Source: a virus. From it: a DNA stretch of 64,000 nt. Both the position numbers and the translations under genes were made by a program. Numbering within the stretch: the first letter of the stretch is position 1; each line of letters starts with the position of its first letter. Under the pieces are notes generated by a model. It saw only the letters and a program-made list of their open reading frames with translations. It did not search any database and was not told the origin of the DNA. Shown one piece after another: positions 8,958 through 16,418 of the stretch. The DNA lies in the IMG/VR virus record IMGVR_UViG_3300021185_002756, positions 34,238 to 98,237 of that record. One strand, 5' to 3'.

Positions 8958-10119
8958 ACCTACTGGTTGTGTTTCCGCCTAGCGGTGGAAAGTTCTCATT
9001 GTTTTCTTCACACCAGGTATAGAAATCTAATATCAAAACACTTACCAAACAACTGTTGTTCCAGCCACCTGGTATATTGTTTGTCTTATTAAATTGATCT
9101 AGTCTACGTTTGCAATCTTTATGAAACTTAGTTGGTGATGCATACTTTTCTTTGAAGAACTTCATAAGTGCATCCTGCCACTCTCTTGTAACGGTAATCT
9201 TATCCTTACGAGCATGAGCATGATATCTACCCATTGTAAGTATCCAACCACCATCTACGCCTTTTTCATTTGGAAAATGTCTATCGTGTAATGATAAAGC
9301 AAACTCTAAATCTTTAATGCTTTCATCAAAATCATCATTTTCCAAACCAGCAATAGTATTTAGACCAGCAATGTGTGTTACCATTCCGGGCTTTGCTCCG
9401 CTACCTCTGGCTTCGATTGCAGGACGACAGTACATATTGTTGTTTTCTACTACGGACTGTATCTTTTCAGCATGTAGATCTTCAACTAAATTACTGCTGT
9501 AGTTTCTAACACCACTTACTCTGCTCTTATGCATGAAGTAAGGCTCAACTGCTTTTCTGCCTTTGTAGTTGATTATTCTAAATAACCAGTTACCAAATGC
9601 TTCGCCTTTGATATCACTGCCAGGCACTGTTACAAGAGCATCTACAACCTTACACATTACTCTATAATCTGCAGGAATAAGTCCTTGTATCATTAGTATA
9701 TACAGTGCAACCGCAGTATGCATACCTTCTGGTATACTGTATCTACCGTTAGGTAATTTAATTGTATTAACAACCTGAACTGCTCGAGGATCAAAAGTGG
9801 TAATAATATGTGCCACATGATCCCAGTCTACATCTCTTTGGTTATCAATATTGATATCCAACAGTGAGAATTCAACTAATTCTAGTCTACCAAAATCATC
9901 TGCAGTATAGGTGACATCACCTATTCTTGCTTTTAATGCATTAATGGCATTGTTAACTTTTTCTTTTTCGGGAGTTTTCTTGACTGGCTCGATTCGAGTA
10001 TCAAGATCTTCATACAGTTTTTTTGCTTGAAATTTTTCAACTGCGTTTTCAAAGTTGCTAACCCTAAATGGATTCGCGTTTCGTGCGGCCAGATTTGGCC
10101 TTAGTTCTAGTTTGGACAT
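8944..10119 (-). CDS. ParB/Srx-like (DUF6551-like) domain protein
   Basis: IDNQRDVD..HV..I...FDP...YSIPEGMHT (variant of the DGQHT ParB-like motif); RBS AGGAG. Confidence 0.6.
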   Translation of the reverse strand: MSKLELRPNLAARNANPFRVSNFENAVEKFQAKKLYEDLDTRIEPVKKTPEKEKVNNAINALKARIGDVTYTADDFGRLELVEFSLLDINIDNQRDVDWDHVAHIITTFDPRAVQVVNTIKLPNGRYSIPEGMHTAVALYILMIQGLIPADYRVMCKVVDALVTVPGSDIKGEAFGNWLFRIINYKGRKAVEPYFMHKSRVSGVRNYSSNLVEDLHAEKIQSVVENNNMYCRPAIEARGSGAKPGMVTHIAGLNTIAGLENDDFDESIKDLEFALSLHDRHFPNEKGVDGGWILTMGRYHAHARKDKITVTREWQDALMKFFKEKYASPTKFHKDCKRRLDQFNKTNNIPGGWNNSCLVSVLILDFYTWCEENNENFPPLGGNTTSRFAGI

Positions 10120-10188
10120 TTAAGTCTCCTATTGTTGTGTGAGAATTAACTCACTTTGGTTAATGTAAACAGTTAAGTTTACCTCTTT

Positions 10189-10216
10189 ATTATAACACCT
10201 TTAAGGTAGATGTCAA
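10189..10216 (-). promoter_or_regulatory. Sigma70-type early promoter
   Basis: TTGACA-N16-TATAAT with extended -10 TG, upstream of 8944-10119. Confidence 0.85.
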
Positions 10217-10450
10217 CCTATTTTTTTTCACTTAATCTATTCCACAGTTTACGTACACCATAGTTCTGTTGTTTAACATACATCAACTGTGGTTTCAGTG
10301 TTTCGAGATACAGTGGACTTTTCTTTGTTAGTGTGTCTACTATGCTCTGCTGATGCTTTGGCGTTGGCATTCGTTAACCATCCTTTAGTTGGTTCAAAAG
10401 CAAAGCCATTATATTTTGTGCTCACTGGCACCCAAAGTTTTGAATCTGCT

Positions 10451-10651
10451 CTAAGCATATTTACTCCAAAACTCATTCCAATATTCACACACTAGATCAT
10501 CAATATCACTAGCACTATACTGTGGGACCATACTAGAATTTGACAATGCAATTTCTAGTGCCTCACTGACGTTTTCTGATTGTTTTACTGCGTCTGCAAC
10601 TGTGTCTAAAAACTTATCTTCTAAGTCTAAAACATAACTTGACATTCCCAT
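10451..10651 (-). CDS. Small acidic hypothetical early protein
   Basis: 66-aa ORF directly behind promoter cassette and AGGAG. Confidence 0.8.
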   Translation of the reverse strand: MGMSSYVLDLEDKFLDTVADAVKQSENVSEALEIALSNSSMVPQYSASDIDDLVCEYWNEFWSKYA

Positions 10652-10655
10652 ATAC

Positions 10656-10713
10656 TTCTCCTATTTTCTAACTGTTATACTCAGTATAGACTAGAAACTT
10701 GTACATGTCAACC
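10656..10713 (-). promoter_or_regulatory. Early promoter+RBS cassette
   Basis: GGTTGACA-N17-TATACT...AGTTAGAAAATAGGAGAA. Confidence 0.88.
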
Positions 10714-10947
10714 ATATTTTAATAAAAAAGCAAAAAAATCACAATCTTCTATGAAAAAGAAAGAATACACACCTGGCGTATCGGTACTGCTTGATGTGAG
10801 TATTTGCCACTTCCACCCTGGTGATAGTTCTTGCTTACACCAATCTACAACTGCATCAATTTCACCAGTGGGTAAGTATAAGGTTTTTGCATACGGGTAA
10901 CCTTCTTCAATCTTAATTACTCGTGTGTATTCTTCAACCAATTCCAT
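10708..10947 (-). CDS. Hypothetical protein
   Basis: 79-aa ORF coupled to neighbours; WCKQE..W.W..F.F..FLLKYG. Confidence 0.7.
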   Translation of the reverse strand: MELVEEYTRVIKIEEGYPYAKTLYLPTGEIDAVVDWCKQELSPGWKWQILTSSSTDTPGVYSFFFIEDCDFFAFLLKYG

Positions 10948-11377
10948 GATACAGTGCTTCGTCTAAATATTCGTTGTTAAGTTGCCAATCGTAGTAGCCC
11001 TCTTGTAGTTGATCTACATAACTTGGTGCTGGTGCTGAATAACTCAACGGTGGATTCATATCATATGCCATAAATGAATCGCCATCTTGTTCTAGCCACA
11101 TTTTAGTATAGTAATGCGGAAAGCCTTCAAATGCATCTAGGTTTTGTTCACATTCGTGTGTGATATTCCACAAGCATCCTGGAACTACTGATCCTTTAGC
11201 TGGCTCTATTGTTGCGTGTTGACAAAATACCAAACGCCAATCTCGTAAGTATAAGGGTGCTATTGGTACTGCCTGTGGACAACGCCACTTCATTGATTCA
11301 AGTGCCATGTTTGCCCCATAGGCAAAGTAAAGCCTAGTTGGTCTTTGTAATAGATTTGATTTCAATACCTTCACCAT
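10934..11377 (-). CDS. Gamma-glutamylcyclotransferase (AIG2/GGCT-like)
   Basis: LYFAYGANM...RCP...ATI...VPGCLW...LDAFEGFP..Y. Confidence 0.88.
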   Translation of the reverse strand: MVKVLKSNLLQRPTRLYFAYGANMALESMKWRCPQAVPIAPLYLRDWRLVFCQHATIEPAKGSVVPGCLWNITHECEQNLDAFEGFPHYYTKMWLEQDGDSFMAYDMNPPLSYSAPAPSYVDQLQEGYYDWQLNNEYLDEALYHGIG

Positions 11378-11497
11378 GTAATTGTGCTACTGCCAATGGT
11401 TCATTTTCAGCAAGTATCACACGTTCGTTAACCTGCCTGTAACTGCTAGGCGGGCAACATTGATCCTTACGTTCGCTGTATATTATTAGATAGGCGT

Positions 11498-12091
11498 TCA
11501 TTGCAATTCACCTGTTACACTAAAAAAATTCCTATTGCGTATACCATAGTTTACTGCTAGATGCGGCACACCGTTTGGTATTTGATATGCATCTCCTGCA
11601 CTCCAACCTGCCATGATTCTATTATCACATTGACAGAACTCTCCCCAATTCCAATCCTGTAGATGCACTACCCATCTACCAATACGATCGGTTACACTTG
11701 CAATCTTATGATAACGATCTATGTGTAATGGCGACCCTGTGCCGGGAAGTCTAGATTTTATTGCTCCTACCACAGTGTCTAAACGAAATCCAAAAGTGTC
11801 CACTATGGTTGCTTCACCAAATATCTCTACAGTCTGTTCCAGTGTAGGATACCAAACACTGTTATTCATTGCTTCACCTACAAAACCCACATCTGTATAC
11901 ACATTGGATCTCGTGGTATAGTCTACAGTGTCATACGTTTGGTTCTCAATGATATCTTCAACTATTTCAATGTTAAACTTTACATTGGTATCACCGGTAT
12001 CAAAAATTAGATCTTTATGCAAGTATTGATTCAATGGCTTGCCAAGACCCTGTTCTACAGGATTAGGGTTTTTGTTTAAAAAATCTCTCAT
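11498..12091 (-). CDS. 2OG-Fe(II) oxygenase / cupin-fold protein
   Basis: PLHIDRY...LQDWNWG...WSAGD...PHLAVN..R; paralogous pattern to 7080 and 25852; start moved to MRDFL. Confidence 0.7.
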   Translation of the reverse strand: MRDFLNKNPNPVEQGLGKPLNQYLHKDLIFDTGDTNVKFNIEIVEDIIENQTYDTVDYTTRSNVYTDVGFVGEAMNNSVWYPTLEQTVEIFGEATIVDTFGFRLDTVVGAIKSRLPGTGSPLHIDRYHKIASVTDRIGRWVVHLQDWNWGEFCQCDNRIMAGWSAGDAYQIPNGVPHLAVNYGIRNRNFFSVTGELQ

Positions 12092-12221
12092 TAATACTTT
12101 TTCTTTCTTCATTTGTCATTGAGGTCCAGTTTGCAATTTCTTCCAATGTACGACCACAACCTATACATATGTCATCCTCTACCTTGCATATGTTTACACA
12201 AGGTGATGCTAGTTCAATCAC
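12063..12221 (-). CDS. DUF1289-family Cys-rich small protein (not in ORF track)
   Basis: GTG start overlapping upstream TGA; MIELASPCVNICKVEDDICIGCGRTLEEIANWTSMTNEERKSI matches the SPC..C....C.GC.RT..EI..W signature. Confidence 0.85.
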   Translation of the reverse strand: MIELASPCVNICKVEDDICIGCGRTLEEIANWTSMTNEERKSINERFFKQKP

Positions 12222-12409
12222 TGTTGTTTTCTTCTCCAACGGCCATACATATCAAATATACTCATTGAAATCCATATGCCTAACAATGCATTCAGCATGA
12301 ATGCTTGCCCACTTGCCAACAACTGTTTTACATGGATAAACATAAACATCGCAGTGATGAATATCATTATTCGATCAGTCAGGTTTAACTTCACGTGTTC
12401 TTTCTGCAA
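12218..12409 (-). CDS. Small membrane protein
   Basis: Two hydrophobic segments; coupled ORF. Confidence 0.6.
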   Translation of the reverse strand: MQKEHVKLNLTDRIMIFITAMFMFIHVKQLLASGQAFMLNALLGIWISMSIFDMYGRWRRKQQ

Positions 12410-12560
12410 TTAAGGCTCCTTCGAGTTCATCTAATCTTTTTTCTAATGCTACAATCCTTTTGCTCGCTTCGAGAGGATTCATTAATACATCTTTTATCTT
12501 GCACTTTTCTGCCTCTTCTCTGAGACGTCTTTTCATATATTCCATATGTCTTTCCATCAC
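12375..12560 (-). CDS. Hypothetical coiled-coil protein
   Basis: 61-aa charged ORF in gene run. Confidence 0.6.
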   Translation of the reverse strand: MMERHMEYMKRRLREEAEKCKIKDVLMNPLEASKRIVALEKRLDELEGALIAERTREVKPD

Positions 12561-12569
12561 TACTGCTTT

Positions 12570-12755
12570 CTAACTAACGTTATAATTTTCTCTTACAACA
12601 AACACTTGCCACGTTGGATTTTCTGCTTCAAGTTTTTTTGCTTTGGCCTCTAGATAATCGCGATCTTCGTTCACTTCAACAATTTGCAATCTTGTTTGAT
12701 TGGTTTGCCTAACAATCAGTTTGTACTCTATAATAAAATCATTTGGTGAAGTCAT
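12570..12755 (-). CDS. Hypothetical protein
   Basis: 61-aa ORF overlapping upstream gene end. Confidence 0.6.
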   Translation of the reverse strand: MTSPNDFIIEYKLIVRQTNQTRLQIVEVNEDRDYLEAKAKKLEAENPTWQVFVVRENYNVS

Positions 12756-12903
12756 CTTTTATCTTTCTACTTATAATGTCATGCTCATCTGGGTTGTTTC
12801 GTCTCCATTCTCTATCCTTGTACCAATCATATAAAAAAGAATACAGTACACCACAAAACAAACACAAGCCAATGCCACTTGCTATGTTAATCGCGATATC
12901 CAT
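12739..12903 (-). CDS. Small membrane protein
   Basis: Likely start MDIAINI at a TGATG overlap; one TM helix plus charged tail. Confidence 0.55.
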   Translation of the reverse strand: MDIAINIASGIGLCLFCGVLYSFLYDWYKDREWRRNNPDEHDIISRKIKDDFTK

Positions 12904-13124
12904 CAAGCAAATACATCCATGATAAACACATAAGCACCATAGGCATATAACATTACACATGGTGTGATAATAACATAGTTTGGATCGTGAAACTTCTTTA
13001 TAAACTTCATCATAGGTTGTCTCCTGGTGTGTGTGATTGATAACCAATAAGGCAAGTTAAGTGTAATATAGAATGCTATCACTATTGATAGCAAACCTAA
13101 GCCTAATATTATACCTGTGCTCAT
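12903..13124 (-). CDS. Small membrane protein
   Basis: Two hydrophobic segments; ATGA overlap with the ArfA-like ORF. Confidence 0.55.
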   Translation of the reverse strand: MSTGIILGLGLLSIVIAFYITLNLPYWLSITHTRRQPMMKFIKKFHDPNYVIITPCVMLYAYGAYVFIMDVFA

Positions 13125-13243
13125 TTTATTGTTTGTTTCTTTCTGTTATATGAACCTTTGCCCTTTTTACTCGCAACAACGGCGGGCTTGATTGTTCTAA
13201 CCACTCGTGCTATTGGGTTCATTGGTTTCGTTTGCTTTTTCAT
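13121..13243 (-). CDS. arfA: ArfA-like alternative ribosome-rescue peptide (not in ORF track)
   Basis: MKKQTKPMNPIARVVRTIKPAVVASKKGKGSYNRKKQTIK carries the KKGKGSYxRK ArfA signature; stop overlaps next ATG. Confidence 0.6.
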   Translation of the reverse strand: MKKQTKPMNPIARVVRTIKPAVVASKKGKGSYNRKKQTIK

Positions 13244-13505
13244 CTGCTTTCTTCTTCAATGCTCTTGCCAGTGCAGGAGCCGGTATATCTTCTGTTAGTT
13301 GTATTAGCATTTTAGGATTTTGTTCCTGTAAATAATCAACCATGCTTTGGGCTTTTTCTTTTCTTGTGTACACATGAACCACACTATCTTCTAGGTCCCG
13401 CATTAGATAATAGTTCTTTTGCAAGACAGTTTCCATAAAGTAACCGTCTTTTGTTGCTAACCCTGATTTCTTTGGCCTACTTAGGTAGACTTTAATCGCA
13501 TACAC
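13197..13505 (-). CDS. Hypothetical protein
   Basis: 102-aa ORF in early gene run. Confidence 0.65.
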   Translation of the reverse strand: MYAIKVYLSRPKKSGLATKDGYFMETVLQKNYYLMRDLEDSVVHVYTRKEKAQSMVDYLQEQNPKMLIQLTEDIPAPALARALKKKADEKANETNEPNSTSG

Positions 13506-13801
13506 TCTATTTCTTTTAACTCTTCTTGTATTTCTCTGTGTCCATCCATGCTCAGGTAAAACCTATTGTCTTTTGGAAGATTGTTGTAAACTTCCTGTGC
13601 AGTTTTTCCTTGTGCTAAGAACTGCTTTGTAATTTCGTGATACAAGTAAAACTGACCGTCACGTTCTTCTACTATACAAATTACTATACGTTCCATAAAG
13701 TGAGACAAAGCTGCTTTTATTTTCATTTCTCTTTTGTATGCATAGTATTCATATACAAAATAGCCTACTATCACTGCTAAAAATATAATAAAAATTTCCA
13801 T
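13481..13801 (-). CDS. Hypothetical membrane-anchored protein
   Basis: N-terminal TM helix; FYLY....QFLAQG.T. Confidence 0.7.
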   Translation of the reverse strand: MEIFIIFLAVIVGYFVYEYYAYKREMKIKAALSHFMERIVICIVEERDGQFYLYHEITKQFLAQGKTAQEVYNNLPKDNRFYLSMDGHREIQEELKEIECMRLKST

Positions 13802-13857
13802 TGTATACCTATTTATTTTCGTTTATTATACACTAAAATAAGATAACTTCAAACCGT

Positions 13858-14103
13858 TTAGGACAAATAATAATAGGCAAGCCCAAGCAAGCCGACTGCA
13901 CTCATTACACTGTTCGTAATGATTAGACTCCATTCTCGCCATAAACAACTTACTACTAACCAAATTAAGCCGCCAACGGCAAGTATTATCGGACCAACAG
14001 GAAATAATTCAGGAAAGGCACTGTTAACAAATGAACCAACAATAAGTGTACCAGTTGCTATCCATTTTAGATATACATCAATTTTCATTGGCAGTTCTTT
14101 CAA
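13858..14103 (-). CDS. Small membrane protein (DUF6552-like)
   Basis: YLKWIAT...FP.GP......IW.VVS..WRE.SLI.TN; three TM helices. Confidence 0.65.
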   Translation of the reverse strand: MKELPMKIDVYLKWIATGTLIVGSFVNSAFPELFPVGPIILAVGGLIWLVVSCLWREWSLIITNSVMSAVGLLGLAYYYLS

Positions 14104-14245
14104 ATGCTTCTAGCTGTGATCTTTTACGTTCAATCATAACATCAATTGTTCTAATTGCTACAAAAGCTTCAGGAGCATCAACTAGTTTTAGTTTGTCAAC
14201 AGCTTCTTCAAGCTCATTGATTTCCAACACAATTTCGTTCATCAT
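14078..14245 (-). CDS. Hypothetical coiled-coil protein
   Basis: Likely start MMNEIV; the upstream extension in the ORF track overlaps a 23-aa TM peptide ORF (14242-14313). Confidence 0.55.
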   Translation of the reverse strand: MMNEIVLEINELEEAVDKLKLVDAPEAFVAIRTIDVMIERKRSQLEAFERTANEN

Positions 14246-14404
14246 ATGATTACTGCTCCACTTGCATACACGGCAGCAACAACAGTTGCTCCAATTAAAA
14301 TTACATATTCCATAGTATTCCCCTTTATGTAAAAATGTACGGCAATGCAATAACACTGTCGCTAGCTTTTATAGCAATTAAAAATAAAACTTCTGCTAAA
14401 GACA

Positions 14405-14563
14405 TTATGCTGCCCCCTGGTTATAAACTTTGTATGCTTGTATTGTTCTGTCTGGAAAAGCATACGGATTACGTTGAATAAAGATCAACAATTCTTTCAT
14501 TGTTAATCCTAGGAACACACGTTCTTTGTTGAGTACAGTGGTTGCACCTTTTAGTTTCATGTT
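14405..14563 (-). CDS. Hypothetical early protein
   Basis: MKLKGATTVL...NQGAA; start uncertain. Confidence 0.6.
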   Translation of the reverse strand, partial: NMKLKGATTVLNKERVFLGLTMKELLIFIQRNPYAFPDRTIQAYKVYNQGAA

Positions 14564-14568
14564 ATACA

Positions 14569-14925
14569 TTATGCAGCCACCTGTACATACGGCTTGTTCC
14601 ATTTACCAACATTGATATCTGTATAATGACTTACATGAAAATAATCGCTTTGGATATCAGACTTATCAAACCAATCTGGACCTTTCATAGCGGCTAGTAA
14701 TTCTGTTAAGAATGCTTTAGCAACACCTGTGTAATGAGCATCAATATGGTAAACGTTAACACTGGTAAAATCATTATGATCAAAATCAATTGGACCACTT
14801 TGTAGATTAACTACTAAACTAAAGTGATGCTTTACTGCAATAGTGCCCTTCATCTTATACTTCTTAAGAATTGCTTTGATTGTTGGGCTTAACTTTGCTT
14901 TTGTTTCTTGACTTACATATGCCAT
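14569..14925 (-). CDS. Hypothetical phage early protein
   Basis: Directly behind promoter cassette and AGGAG; SDIQSDYFHV..Y..INVGKWNKPY motif. Confidence 0.85.
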   Translation of the reverse strand: MAYVSQETKAKLSPTIKAILKKYKMKGTIAVKHHFSLVVNLQSGPIDFDHNDFTSVNVYHIDAHYTGVAKAFLTELLAAMKGPDWFDKSDIQSDYFHVSHYTDINVGKWNKPYVQVAA

Positions 14926-14929
14926 TTAC

Positions 14930-14997
14930 TTCTCCTATTTTCTAACTGTACATACAGTATAACACACTATTACTCTTTGTCAACCTTTTTATTACTT
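14930..14997 (-). promoter_or_regulatory. Early promoter+RBS cassette
   Basis: AAAAAGGTTGACA-N16-TATACTGTATGTACAGTTAGAAAATAGGAGAA. Confidence 0.92.
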
Positions 14998-15156
14998 TTG
15001 GTTATGAATGTTTTTTACAATTTTAATAATTTCTGGCACAGTAATCTCTTCACCATTGGCTGGTGTTTTTGCTAACATATAACCAATTTGAATATATGCT
15101 TTTTCAACTGACATTGTACAAAGGGCTTCTTCTACAATTTTTTCTCTAAGCGTCAT
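14992..15156 (-). CDS. Hypothetical 54-aa early protein (not in ORF track)
   Basis: MTLREKIVEEALCT...HNQK exactly fills the space between two promoter cassettes; AGGAG RBS. Confidence 0.8.
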   Translation of the reverse strand: MTLREKIVEEALCTMSVEKAYIQIGYMLAKTPANGEEITVPEIIKIVKNIHNQK

Positions 15157-15162
15157 GTAATG

Positions 15163-15230
15163 TTCTCCTATTTTCTAACTGTACATACAGCATAACACAG
15201 TCTACGATATTGTCAACCTTTTTATTACTT
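15163..15230 (-). promoter_or_regulatory. Early promoter+RBS cassette
   Basis: AAAAAGGTTGACA-N16-TATGCTGTATGTACAGTTAGAAAATAGGAGAA. Confidence 0.92.
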
Positions 15231-15244
15231 TAGGTAAGAACTAG

Positions 15245-15475
15245 TTAAGCAACTAGTTCAAAGTTAGGTTTTGCATTATAAGGTACAGGTTGAAACCCAA
15301 ATACTTTATTTGCATTGGCAATATTTGCTAACGGCTTGTTTAGCACATGCTCCTCAGCATATTTTGTTGCAGAATCTTTTGTGGCAAAAGACATTGGAAC
15401 AGTACTGTTTGGATTACAAACAACGTCACGTACGACACAACTTTTAAGCGATACTAAACATTTTAACATATACAT
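15245..15475 (-). CDS. Hypothetical early protein
   Basis: 76-aa ORF behind promoter cassette. Confidence 0.8.
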   Translation of the reverse strand: MYMLKCLVSLKSCVVRDVVCNPNSTVPMSFATKDSATKYAEEHVLNKPLANIANANKVFGFQPVPYNAKPNFELVA

Positions 15476-15481
15476 AAGCAG

Positions 15482-15545
15482 TTCTCCTATTTTCTAACTG
15501 TATATACATATTAACACAGTCTACACTATTGTCAACCTTTTTATA
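15482..15545 (-). promoter_or_regulatory. Early promoter+RBS cassette
   Basis: AAAAAGGTTGACA-N16-TAATATGTATATACAGTTAGAAAATAGGAGAA. Confidence 0.9.
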
Positions 15546-15688
15546 TAAAAAGAATAATAAAATTGCATTCATGCTAGATATAGTGTAATAAAATTAAATC
15601 AAGTCGATTAGTGCTAAAAAAGCAAGACTGTTTTTACAAAAAACGGCTCTTAAATAGCCAAAAAACTTGGTTTTTGATTTTTGCCTTG

Positions 15689-15696
15689 TATAAATA
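15689..15696 (+). promoter_or_regulatory. T4-type late promoter TATAAATA
   Basis: Exact T4 late consensus immediately before the structured leader. Confidence 0.7.
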
Positions 15697-15700
15697 AAAA

Positions 15701-15800
15701 TGTAGCAAGAAACTGTTACAAGGCACCTGGGAAAGACCAAGTGGCGGCGGGAACCAGACCGCGGTATTGCTCCCCTCAAGCATATAACATTAACTAGGAG
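15701..15800 (+). ncRNA. Candidate structured 5' leader / cis-regulatory RNA
   Basis: GC-rich island with three hairpins (TGTAGCA/TGTTACA; CACCTGG-GAAAGA-CCAAGTG; GCGG-GAACCAGA-CCGC), then anti-SD-like CTCCCCTC before AGGAG. Confidence 0.5.
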
Positions 15801-15806
15801 AAAAAA

Positions 15807-15965
15807 ATGGCAAAAAAGCTATCTAAAAACCTTGTGGCAATGTTTCGTAAGATGTTTGACACAAGATCACCACAAGAGAAGTATCTGTCACAGAGTGCAG
15901 ACTTATGTGATTTAGAGTATCGTATGAGACGATTACACACAACAATGGGAAAGTTAGGATTATAA
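15807..15965 (+). CDS. DUF3563-like small protein (not in ORF track)
   Basis: MAKKLSKNL...QEKYLSQSADLCDLEYRMRRL...; YL..S.DL.DLEYRMR signature; AGGAG RBS. Confidence 0.75.
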   Translation: MAKKLSKNLVAMFRKMFDTRSPQEKYLSQSADLCDLEYRMRRLHTTMGKLGL

Positions 15966-15966
15966 A

Positions 15967-16167
15967 ATGACTGCGTTAGTAATGAATACAATGAGTTCAA
16001 TGGAATCAGTACTTAGAACACTAATTACAGGTTATGCAATAGCAACTGGTAAGATTAAACAACGTATGATCGAAAACAGAACTAGACAAGCACTTGCATA
16101 TCTCAGTGATAGAGAACTTAAAGATATTGGATTAACACGAGATCAATTAGAAAGAGGTCAGTTCTAA
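15967..16167 (+). CDS. DUF1127 (YjiS-like) small protein
   Basis: RTRQALAYLSDRELKDIGLTRDQL signature. Confidence 0.9.
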   Translation: MTALVMNTMSSMESVLRTLITGYAIATGKIKQRMIENRTRQALAYLSDRELKDIGLTRDQLERGQF

Positions 16168-16283
16168 TGAGTATACTTAGAGCAATAAGCAATTTTTGCA
16201 TCCATATTGGACAAGCAAGAGCAGATAGAGAATTAGCAACCATGGAGTTGTATTATGAAACAAGGGAGGAAAATAAATGGTAA
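16167..16283 (+). CDS. 38-aa micro-protein (not in ORF track)
   Basis: TAATG coupling; MSILRAISNFCIHIGQARADRELATMELYYETREENKW. Confidence 0.65.
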   Translation: MSILRAISNFCIHIGQARADRELATMELYYETREENKW

Positions 16284-16369
16284 ATTTTGTTAAAGGCGCA
16301 ACTGGCGTAGCAACATTAATTTCAATACTAGGATTAGTATTCTTATCAAGTCTACCGGCTGCAATATAA
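16277..16369 (+). CDS. 30-aa single-TM micro-protein (not in ORF track)
   Basis: GGAGG RBS; MVNFVKGATGVATLISILGLVFLSSLPAAI. Confidence 0.65.
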   Translation: MVNFVKGATGVATLISILGLVFLSSLPAAI

Positions 16370-16410
16370 TGTGGCCCTACACTGATGAAGAAAATGACTT
16401 TTTAAGTTAA
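16369..16410 (+). CDS. 13-aa peptide MWPYTDEENDFLS (not in ORF track)
   Basis: TAATG coupling to previous ORF. Confidence 0.45.
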   Translation: MWPYTDEENDFLS

Positions 16411-16418
16411 GTACAATT

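Noticed and set aside
11335-11501. Frameshifted or readthrough small gene (MNAYLIIY... / ...RQVNERVILAENE...)
   Set aside because: Two short frames are offset by one base with no slippery site; cannot distinguish pseudogene, sequencing error or chance
14930-15545. Repeat-spacer pattern suggestive of CRISPR or attC array
   Set aside because: The repeats are promoter+RBS units, the 'spacers' are whole genes of 165-230 bp, and no cas or integrase gene is nearby
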